Below, in pieces: positions 35,421-46,536 of a stretch of 64,000 nucleotides of DNA; the first letter of the stretch is position 1, and each line of letters opens with the position of its first letter. Source of the stretch: Mytilus californianus (lineage: Eukaryota); the NCBI RefSeq assembly GCF_021869535.1, contig NW_026262712.1, positions 44,020,001 through 44,084,000 of the forward strand, given 5' to 3'. Under the pieces are notes generated by a model. The model was given only the letters and a program-made list of their open reading frames with translations, searched no databases and was not told the origin of the DNA. A program made the position numbers and the translations under genes.

Positions 35421-36011
35421 GGAATATGATTGGTTAAAAGCAACCGATTGGAGACCGTGTATATTTCAATACACTCTTAGTAGTGGTGTAACGTCCCTTT
35501 ATAAAAACAACCCGTTGTTGAGAAAAATCTGAAAGGTTTCAACAGACGAAGAAATTGATGTTGAACGATTGAAATAAATTCATAAAACACATTTAAAGCT
35601 AATAAGCTGTTATTGTTGGCATTTCTTTTTGTAAAGACAAATGGAGGTAGGTTCTTAATACTATGTATTGAAGACTTAAAGACTTATATAGGCCACTAGA
35701 CTAAATACCACATGTTAAGATAGTCGGTAAGATAATTTCGTTGCACATTATTCTAGTGACCTAATACGGTATATATAGAGCCTCGCTCTCACTCCATATG
35801 GAATTTACTGACCCCATACATATCGTATTAGGTCACTAGCAACTAATAATATACTCCGTATGCAGCTGATTAACATCTGTGACTAACAACAGTGGATATG
35901 GTATGGTAGTCAATTCCCATTTTGCATGATGCACCACCGATAATTTGTTGTCGTTGGTAATATGGTGTTAATATCACTTTTTGAAAATATGTTAAATACT
36001 TCTACCTTCAG

Positions 36012-36109
36012 GGACGTATTAGTAGATGATGGATCTGCTGTCGATGCTACTATTGCTACTCTGTTATGTTACGCTGTCATGGCACCTCATATCATGGAGA
36101 TAGATGGAG
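36012..36109 (+). pseudogene. Isolated duplicate of GGT exon 3 with flanking intron sequence
   Basis: DVLVDDGSAVDATIATLLCYAVMAPHIMEIDG; 98 bp like 24968-25065, AG/GT retained; flanks 35865-36190 resemble 24705-25140. Confidence 0.9.
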
Positions 36110-38543
36110 GTGTGTTATGATTTTTCGATTACAAAATGAATATCAGTGTTTAAAAATCAACTAAAGTGTAAGACAAATCAATCATTAGTTTTTACGAAAA
36201 TACTAAAGATCTGTATTTAACAAAAATATCCTAAAACACAGATGGACAAAACAATACCATAAACTTGATAAAGTAATGCATGTTTTATTTTGGAATGTAT
36301 GTATATCAAGTTGTACCTAACATTATATATGTCAAGGACATACTTGAAATACTTTGTTCAGTATAAATTCTTTTTAGAGGAATTTCTTTATGCAGTTGAA
36401 AATTGTTCGACGTGCCTTTGTTAAATTTACTTGAAAATTAACGCTTGTACCTTTAGAATTGGAAATGGAAGTAAAGGAAACACTCTACCTTTACCTTCAA
36501 CTACGTAATTTCATTTTCTTTGTTAGTCTCAGTGGACGCCGCGATTCTATCATAGATCTTCAAGTAATTACCAAAAAGTAATACCATATACAAGACTTGC
36601 CTTTAAAAGCATTATCCTTTATTTTCCTTGGAAAAGCATTTCAACTATATTGGGATAAAGATGCCGCTAAATAAAGGCAACAGTAGTATACCGCTGTTCA
36701 AAAACTCATAAATCGATAGAGATAAAAACAAATCCGGGTTACAAACTAAAACTGAGGAAAACTAAGTAAGCGTTGTATCAGGCTTTGAAACTAAATTCTA
36801 TTAATATGAACGAACTCCTTTTCAACAGACTTTTGTTACTTTCGTTACTTAATTATGACTCATTTCTTGAATGTTACTAAGGTATGTTTAAAAATATAAA
36901 CAAAAAACTACACTTTTTTTTAAATACGTTTTGAAAGTGAAAAATTAATCATCTGATTGTAAACAATTACTTGCAAATGTGCCGTTAACTGTACATCACT
37001 TAAAGATGAGAATCAGGAACTTTTGATCACGTAAAATATTGTTTAGAAGCTGATATGCAGACATATGAGTTGGTAACCTTGTGGAGAGAAAAAGGAAGAT
37101 GGTCTTTACCAGTCTGATCAAATTAAACCTCTCAGCGCTTCTGTTTTCTGATATGTCGCGTAAACGATACCAAGTGAGAGGTTTGATTCTCATCAGACTG
37201 AGCTTTTATCATCGATAAAACAACAAGTGAACTTATCTCTGATTTCTGTTTTGCCGACATAACGATGGATGCCAATAGTGGAGCAGGTTTAACTAAACAT
37301 GATTTGCAAAATTAATGACATGTTCACATGATCAATACTTTTTTTTAAATTCAAAATTAATTTAGATAGAATAATTTTAAAATTTGAATCCATTGAAAAA
37401 TATCAATGTATGCCAGTGTGTAGTTATCTATCGAATCTATAAGGTTGTGTACATTGTGTCATTAAGTGAACCATTACACAACCTACCGACTTTTTGTATT
37501 ATGGATACTTAAAAGGATTCATAACGCACACAATCCGTAAGTAGATAAGACTACCTATGAATTGGTTATCACATACCTGATATATTGTCAGAAACAATCA
37601 TATATCAAATTTACCACATTTGTGTAGGACGGTTAAAACTAAACATTGAAGGTAATTATTTAGTTAAAGGACATATTTTTACTTTGATACAATATTTTTT
37701 GGACCATTAAGCCATTGACTGAAATATTAATATATTGTGACATTGCATTTTTCTGACATATGTTTCTCCACATTATTATTATTATATAGATAACAACAAT
37801 ATATATAATACATATATAATCAAGACACTCCAATTGATACATATAATTATGTATGTTCAATTTAACAACGTTGTAACTTATTTGGTAGTATCGTGTAATT
37901 TTCTTCTGCACACCCAGATTATAAGTCGATTACAAGTCTCAAGAATAATCCCTCTATACTTTTGCTCGATTTTAAATTTAAGGAAGCAACATACCTTAAA
38001 CATTTGAAAGCATCTAAACCAATAAAGGACAAAGCCATACGTGTCGTATCCAACTCCATAGTTTACTAATTTTTATTTCGTAATTTATTTGCTGTTTAGG
38101 CGTTACACACCAACAATGATATTTGCCAAGGTAGAACAGTCTATAATGTGTCTAAATACTATGCTGAATTTGAGATTAACTTGTATTTTCGTGCTTTAAA
38201 TATTTAAATATCAATATGTTTGTTACATTGATTGGTCTTTTGAAATGAAATTGTATACCAAATAATAAGCTTGTGACGTTCAAGATCCAATAATAACATT
38301 CTTGAGATGTTTTAAAAATGATCTTTACAATGAATGTGAATAGAAAAAAACAAGTAAACGTAAATTTAAACATGTGAAAGTATGATGCCCTTTCAAGATA
38401 ATCTACAGAGCAATGTTCTAAATTTTTAGAATTATGTAAAATATAAGATATACACATATTAAACTGTTTGAAATGTAAACCTCATTGTGACTAATGTAAC
38501 CTTACAGTAAATACATTAACAGATTAACGGTTCCAATTGTACT

Positions 38544-38587
38544 GCACCAGTTGCGCATTTCGATAATAAATGTCTCTTTGGTGAAGT
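38544..38587 (-). ncRNA. Degenerate (probably inactive) type I hammerhead relic
   Basis: ACUUCA-CCAAAGA-GAC-AUUUAUU-AUC-GAAA-U-GCGC-A-AC-UGGUGC: same geometry as 12000-12043, but the CUGA box and cleavage triplet are mutated. Confidence 0.55.
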
Positions 38588-40257
38588 TCAAGGCCGTAAT
38601 ATTTAAAAATTAAAAAAACTCATTGAAAATATGTATGCTTATGTTATGTTGTTTTTTTTTTCCAGATGATAATTTTTTTTCAAACTGCAGCATAGATATA
38701 GTTTAAAGAGATAAAATCGATATTTCAGATACATATAACGCGTACAAACGTTTCAATCCCCAAACCGTGTCCATTTCGTTGAAACTTTCCAATTCGCTCA
38801 AATGTATCATCGAAAATCACTAATCGGCCATCAGTTTCAAATTTCACATTTCAAGAATGGGTCTGTTTTTTTTTTCTCTGCTCAAACGTACATATGTTTA
38901 GTTAAAAACGTTTATGACGTCCCTGACGTGAAATGCTATTTTTCGCAACGTAAAAATGTGATATATTAGAAGATGCTTTATTCAACTCAGTTTTTTCATT
39001 ATCATTTGGCCTAATTGTATTACAAACTATAAAAACAAATTCTTGAAAACAAATAACAGAAACATGTGATATGAATAGATAAATTTAAAGCAAACATTTT
39101 CGTTTTTTTCTAAAATCACGACAATTAAACAACACTTTATCATTTCTAAATAATATTCTCACAAATTTAGAGCATATGTATATGTAAAGACAATAGTACA
39201 AATGCTTTTACAAAAATCCTTTTCTGTACCCTCTGAAACATAACTTAAGCATGCATTTCAAATGGATAGAAATCTCCCAGAAACTGAAGTTTTGAGTAAG
39301 TATCTAAAATTTCGACAATATTTATCGCTGAAAAAAAGCACATGAAAATATTTTATGGTATCCTAGATAAAATGTCACGTCGTTAAATTTCAGGGATTGT
39401 CAGAAAAGTCATAGACAGGATAATAAAAAAAAAAATTCAATTATAACTTAAGGGAATCCGGACTCATTGAAAATCTTAACGTAAGCCAAAGACAATGCTT
39501 TACAAAAGAAGAAGTAACAGCCTTAGTTTTAAAAACATACTAATTGTATTCAATGTTCATTTGTATTCGTCCCTGAATATGCCTGACATTTTGCCACTAG
39601 ATATAATGCAAGCAACTATTATACAATGTATCAACTACTATCTCATTTTGTATTTTTTCAATAATTCCAATATAATGACAAAAAATACTTGTCTATGAAC
39701 TTTATTCTTATTTCATAATCGGTTATTTGAATAGTTTAAAGTATTGTCATCATAATTGTTGTTACTTATATTTCCATGCTTATATTAAATAATATGAATT
39801 AGGTTTGCACACCCTGATGATCCCTCTTAGGTTTAAGTATATTACGAACGATCACATTATCTGCGTACGTTAATTGACGATAAAATAATCTGGTACAACC
39901 CTTAGGTTGAATTACTGTAAATTTACATATGCATGCATTAACTACCCGTTAATTTTGTAAAACCTTGAACGAAAAACGATAGGCCTTAGAGAATTTTGAC
40001 GAAACCACGATACAATTTTAATATATTTGACACAAAAGATAGCAAAATACAAAAATCTAACATTTTTCTACCCTCTTGTGATAACAAATCACTTTTCATA
40101 GATTGAGGTGGACACGTTTCTGCATTTAAAAAAATATGGCTATAAAAAGGATACGTTTCGGCCTCCTACACACGCTTACAAGTTTGGGCAAACAGAAAAG
40201 ATATATGGACACGTTTGTAGGATTAGATACGTTTGGGGAAAGGACAACATTTAAGAG

Positions 40258-40647
40258 TAAACCAAAAAGAGAGGCGAAAATTACCAGAGGGACATTCAAA
40301 CTCATATGTCAAAGGATATACAATGATGCTATCGATAATACTCATAATACTGATAGAGTATATATAATTTTCTGTTGAGTAAAATGTTATCTCTGGCGTA
40401 TCTAATTAAATTCTATAAATATTCCTTCTATGTTGCTTTTGATTTTATTACATAAACCAAAAAGAGAGGCGAAAAATACCAGAGGGACATTCAAACTCAT
40501 ATGTCAAAGGATATACAATGATGCTATCGATAATACTCATAATACTGATAGAGTATATATAATTTTCTGTTGAGTAAAATGTTATCTCTGGCGTATCTGA
40601 TTAAATTGTATAAATATTCCTTCTATGTTGCTTTTGATTTTATTACA
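40258..40647 (+). repeat. Near-perfect 195-bp tandem duplication
   Basis: Units 40258-40452 and 40453-40647 differ at only a few bases. Confidence 0.95.
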
Positions 40648-40648
40648 G

Positions 40649-41920
40649 ATGACTTCTCAAAATAGTTAGCTCTGTACCAATATATGTGTCAAAGAATAGT
40701 GGGATCAGAAAATTATGTTAGGACAATACGAATGATGAACACTGTTAGGGACAATTTAGTAATCAATGATTTATCCGTTCCTATTACCGGAGGAAGTTTT
40801 GGAGAGGGACTTGATTTACGTATGGGTGACATTGATATCGCACATGCGCACAAATATATCGATGTTTTTGAAGATCGGAAATTCGCTTTTGATTATCGCA
40901 AAACATATTTGAAAATGGAAAGTAAGACGATACAAGCAGGCTACACTATGTTACATTGTATTTTTATTAACAATAACAACGCATTTCAAAGCTGTAAGAA
41001 GATAAATGGGAAATATTACTTTTCAAACGCATTATTAAAACAAAGGTTTTTAGTCGATCAAAACATGCTTACCGTTATTCGTGGACCTTGCCTTTCAAAT
41101 GAACAGGGAGACTATGACTTTGCACAACCATTGCATAGTAAATTATGGATATCTGCTGCACAAAACTGGAAAACAAGATAACAAAACGAATGGCCAAGTT
41201 ATGAAGTCAAGCAGAGTATTGTATTTTTTTTTTTTATTTTACTTCATTGATATATTTCGGAGTTTAGTATGACGTCCATTATCAGTGAACTAGTACACAT
41301 TTTTATTTAGGGACCAGCTGAAGCACGCCTCTGTGTGCGGGATTTTCTCGCTGTGTTGAAGATTCACTGGTGGCTGTTTTCTGCTCTTTGTTCGGGTTGT
41401 TGTCTCTTTGACACATTCCCCATTTACATTCTCAATTTTATTTTTATGTATTGTATTGTTCGTTCCAGTAGGCTATAAATGATCTCCAAACGGAAAACTT
41501 CAATAGAGGATATCCTTCAATGTGGGTGAAAAACTATTAATTTATACCTTTACTCATTCACAACTGCTGTGCTATTGTGTTATGAAAATTCTTCTGAAAG
41601 ACGTCATTAATGAAAACATAGATGTTAAGTATCGTGAATATCTCTGTTCTTACTACCTTAAAACCATAATGTTCTGGGTATCTGAAGGAAGTCCCTACAT
41701 CAGTATTGAAACCTGGAAATCTGTTACCTTGCTTTATAAGATGCTTTAAGAGATTGATTTATTTCAGTCGAATTTTCCGTTTGCCCGCATTATTTTATTC
41801 CAAAAAGCAATTTGTTTGCGAATAGAATCATAGGTTGTGCACGTAAGGTTTTGTTAGAAAGACTTTGTTCATTATATAAATCTGGATGGCGATGTTTTAA
41901 ATTTTCGACACACTTTTTCT
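40649..41920 (+). pseudogene. cGAS-like receptor / Mab-21 nucleotidyltransferase pseudogene
   Basis: TGGSFGEGLDLRMGDIDI (GS..DxD), GPCLS..DYDF, WPSY, LFVPVG, RISFNVGEKLL, LCSYYLKTIMFWVSE, CPHYFIP. Stops at 40663, 41179, 41480, 41504; frameshifts after 41690; insertion at 41226-41447. Confidence 0.88.
41226..41447 (-). mobile_element. Retroposed short repeat inserted in the cGLR exon
   Basis: Flanked by GTATTGTATT (41216-41225, 41448-41457); A-rich tail on the minus strand; removal restores ...QSIVLFVPVG. Confidence 0.8.
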
Positions 41921-41982
41921 CCCGCTAGTCCGAACATTTTATACTGAGCCTTGTGTGAAATATTAAGAAAGAATTAAATTAA

Positions 41983-42252
41983 GGTGGTACATAACACTAT
42001 AGGGAGATAACTCTGTAAAACTCAGCTGAACTTTTTAATCACGTTTAATTGTTAAAGAAATATTAAGCTTCTCAATGATCAAAAGCATGGTTTTTCAAAC
42101 TTCTATATATCAAATGAAATGTTTCCGATAGAGTGTAAGGTTGAATATTTTTGAAATATTTATATATTTTATATGTAGTAAATATTTTGTCGAAATTTTA
42201 TGAAAAGTGAACGAGCCAAGTTAATTTCATTCAAGGTGTTTGGTACTAACGT
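41983..42252. mobile_element. TTAA-flanked MITE (Kolobok-type), same family as 21202-21447
   Basis: ttaa|ggtggtacataacacta.agggagataactctgt; reverse-complement similarity to 21202-21447. Confidence 0.75.
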
Positions 42253-43854
42253 TTAACTTCGTATCAACACACGATTGAAATGTCAATAGCAGTTTATTAC
42301 GGCCTTCAAAATGACAAAATCCCATGACATGATAGAATGTGAAATGATTCAGACAAAAATCACCTAATGGCTTATTTAGGACAAAACACTAAATGAAACA
42401 CAATTATTACAAACAAAAACAAATGGCAATCTGTGAATTACATTCAGGCAATATATAATATATGGAGGGGCAGACACATGCTTGTGATCGCTTTAATCAC
42501 CTCTCACTTGGCATAGCGGCACAGTTACAGAAGCATGGGTTTCTTTTTGATCGAGTTAATTAATTTTGATAAATAGTTTATGGTGTGTCTTTTTATGTTG
42601 TAATGTCACATACTGTATCAGGTTAGGGTGAATATTCAATCCGCTGCATTTTTATTCACCTGTCATAAGTCAGGAAGGAGCCTGTTGTTCAGTGGTTGTC
42701 GTTTGTTGGTGTGATTCATAAGTTTATCTCGTTTCTCGTTTTTTATATAGATTAGACCGTTGGTTTTCCTGTTTGAATTACACTGTCTAGTCATTTTGGG
42801 GCCCTTCATAGCTTGCTATTCGGTGCAAGCTAATGCTCCGTGTTGATCGCCGTACTTGTATATTCAGTAAATTAATTTGCAACGCCGATTATCTCAAGAT
42901 TCATTATATCAAATCAGAAATCTTCAGTTCGGTAAGATTGTTTGAAGTGTAGTGCATAGGTATTAAAAGCACCATTAAATGCACATTATTTAGCGGAAAC
43001 CAGTATGTTTGATTCCCTATGATTTACTCAAACAACTGTAAATCAACTGTGTCCAACAGGATCTCGTTCAATATTAGATTGTGAGAAGGATTAAAAGGTA
43101 CGTTTGAAAAGAACAAGTGAAGAAGTTCTATATAATCGAAAAAAAAATGCTTATCAAAATTATTGGCCTGTTATTACTTTGACAAGAACAACTGATATAT
43201 ATATATATATATTACTAAAAAGACCATGTTAATTATTCGTAATGCCTTTCCGTTTATTTTACTGTAAACAATATGTGTTATATATTTATCTATACATAAA
43301 AGTCTCACTATAAAGCCAGATATACCGCGAAAAAACATGATATAATTTAACATGAAACATATATTTTCGTATAAACGTACATATTTAGCCTGATAATAAA
43401 GTGTGGTTATCATTATTTTCTTGATTTATGCTTTTACAAAATTGATTATATTGTTTTCTAATTCGTAACGTTAAAATAGATGAACACGGTAGAATCTTAA
43501 AATGTAGTTTATGAGTGACCGTTGTTTCCACTTCCTTTATCATATCGCAAACCACGCTTGCCCTGTGTTTTATATTATATCCAAAATTTTATTGCATATT
43601 AACAAATAAGACTTAAATCATAATTCAGTCATTATTTAGTTTTATCAAATAAAAGTTATAATCTTTAGTCTTCAAGAAGAACTTTTTGTCGTTTTTCTTT
43701 TTTTGCAATGGTATTGGCATTTTATGTTTGACTTGTGAGTTTAAATATCCTTATATTAACATCCCCCGCTCTTGTACGAAACAAGAATGTAACACCAAAA
43801 AATATAAACACACTTCTCATTAGCGCATGCTTAGTTTTCACTATAACTACATAG

Positions 43855-44135
43855 ATATAAGAAGATGTGGTATGAGTGCCAATGAGACAACTCTCCATCC
43901 AAGTCAAAATTTATAAAAGTAAACCATTATAGGTCACAGTACGGTCTTCAACACGGAGCCTTGGCTAATACCGAACAGTAAGCTATAAAGGGCCCCAAAA
44001 AATTACTTGTGTAAAACCATTCAAACGGGAAAACCAACGGTCTAATCTATATAAAAAACGAGAAACGAGAAACACTTATGAACCACATCAACAAACGACA
44101 ACTACTGAACATCAGATTCCTGACTTAGGACATCT
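43855..44135 (-). repeat. Family B 3' remnant
   Basis: agatgtggtatgagtgccaatgagacaactctcc...caaacgacaactactgaa. Confidence 0.8.
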
Positions 44136-44404
44136 ATTTTAGCTAAATACACGAGGTCCTGGTGCATTGGAATGGCCATACTTTTACTCATTTTTTATAT
44201 TGTTGTCAGCAACATAAAATGCAATGGAAAACAAAAGGTTGTTATCCTGCGTGGTCTTCACTTGGAAGTTTTGAGAAATATTCTATAGAATAAGTTAACA
44301 TGGTTAAAGAACAATTAAACAAAGCAACATTATTATAACTTAATTAATTTTTTTTGGTGGGTTAAACCATATTACACCCATTTTGTGTGCATAATACGCG
44401 TTTC

Positions 44405-44548
44405 TGAAAATTGCACTGGATCGAATGTGGATGCCATGGAGTCCACAGTATTGTCAACAATTTTGTATAACGACATTAATCAAAATTATTTTATTAGAAA
44501 ACGAGGTCACTATAGTCATATTGTATTTAAACGCAAGTACTTGGCTGC
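44405..44548 (-). pseudogene. Decayed duplicate of exon 1 of the FG-GAP gene
   Basis: CSQVLAFKYNMTIVTSF..SLYKIVDNTVDS..STFDPVQFS versus SSHVLAFKYNLTKVTSF..SLYEIFDNTGDS..STFDPVPFS (13830-13982); frameshifted. Confidence 0.85.
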
Positions 44549-45364
44549 AAAGCGGATTTAACCAGTGAAGTATAACGTACGTATATCTCGGTGTTCACAG
44601 ATTATCAATATCAGTAAAAATATATGTGCGATAACAGAGATTCAGACCTAATAATTGTACCTGTTGGAGGACAACCAAATGCTATTGGTTTGTAATTACT
44701 TGCTTATAAATCACTTTTCATGTTGAAGATTTGTGTAATATAAAGAAGCTTATCGCAAATCGTAACACACATCTATACTATCAAATTTGTATACTGAAAT
44801 TTTGTAGCTGGTTTGTCTGAAGTATTATATCAAAATAAAAAGTTTGTGTACAAAATGTACGTAATATACTTTATAACTTCATATAGTAATTGCTTTAATT
44901 ACAGTAGCTTAATTAAATAAACCAAAAATGTTGTCTTCTTTTCTGATTTCCGCTTTAGGAGCACCTGTGTCACACAGAAACAGAAGATACCAAATGGACA
45001 TTCAAACTCCTTATTGAAGAAAAACTGACAAACGATCAAAATCATGCATACAAACTATTCTTTTTTGTTGTAAAAACCATGCATCAGTGCACAAAAAACA
45101 GTCTGAGAAACACGAACCAAACTTAACGATGTAGGGCTGTGCTGTGTATAACCATAAACATTTCAAGTATCCTTTAAACCTCGCTGGCATGGGTTTCTTC
45201 TAGTATATATACATATATTTATGTACAATTTTTTTCTAATTGTAACTGTTAGCTGATGAATTCATTGTCATTTTGAAATATCATTAATACATGTAAGTTA
45301 ATTTGTGAAAAGTGAATGTCAGCAATAGGAAAACACTGATAAACCAGCATTAACACAATTGTTT

Positions 45365-46536
45365 ATGTCTGCATGCAATCCTGGTAAGATATTTTTGTAT
45401 GTTGAATATAGTTATTTATTTTGGAGGTTCCTTTATAGGTATACAGGTATAAGGATGCAGTGTAGAAATCGCCCTGTCTGTCAATTGTTTTGAAAATGCA
45501 ACTTCTTTTTAACCTGTGAATGGACTTCAATGAAACTTCACACAATGATAGCCCACCATATGAATATGTAATTTGCATAAGACTGATAATAAAACTAATA
45601 TTATACTAATGTATTATGTCCTAAGTTTGCAGATGGCAAGCCTGACAAAATACCCACATATTTTTACACTTTTGTACCACTAATTTTCAGTTTTCGACAT
45701 TTGTTTTTCGTCATACTTGTCGATGACATTAATTTGATATTTGTTATATAGTTATAACATGACAAGTTAAAGATCATGTACTAGAATTACTTCCATCCAT
45801 GACAGCCACTATTCAAATCATGGGTACTTTATATAGAAGTAGTAATCGCTTCAATTTTCCATCCTGTCAACTGTTAATAGACATAGTTCTACAAATTTAA
45901 ACAGTTAAACCCCTTTTATTTCATTTAGGTTATAAGACTAATACCTGTATGGTTCTTGACCAAGCAAAAGAGATGCACCTTGAAATGAAGAAATTTCTGG
46001 AACAGTATACATCTAACTCCAAGTCACTACTAAAAATTGGTGAACATATTCTTAGGGTGAATGAATATAAAGATTTTACAATGGGCATTACAGAGGAATT
46101 GAGAGATGAACTAACCAACTACATTAGCACTTTTAAAGAAGTTCACCTGTCTGTTCCAGATATTCAATCAATGGTCCATGATACTATTGTATTCATTCTG
46201 CAAAATTTTAATAATACAGGTACAGACATTTTGAACTTTAGTCTATTATACAAATTGCAGTTAAATATTTAGAATACATGTTCTTTATTAATATTCAGAA
46301 ACTGCTTTTTTTCTATGTGTAGCTCAACAGGATAACTTGATTCAGTCGTTGGATGAAATGCCAGATGTTAGAACTCAAACAGATGATTTTAATAAAGGTA
46401 TTCTTGTTTTGTGTCATTTTGTTATAAAGACCATTTAACCACCACAATTCTTGTTTTTTCATGGCATTTGATGATTTCAGATGAATTTCTTAAAAGGGCA
46501 CTAGCTGTCAAATTCATGATCACCGATTTGACTTAA
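45365..46536 (+). CDS. Spliced orphan gene, about 159 aa, predicted alpha-helical, function unknown
   Basis: Confident exons 45929-46219 (291 nt), 46323-46397 (75 nt), 46481-46536 (to TAA), all phase 1, GT-AG, no stops. Tentative 5' exons 45365-45383 (ATG..G|GTAAGA) and 45785-45823. Confidence 0.6.

Noticed and set aside
45632-45770. Good acceptor (ttgcag) that could add an exon to the orphan gene
   Set aside because: No convincing in-phase donor before the stop; left out of the model
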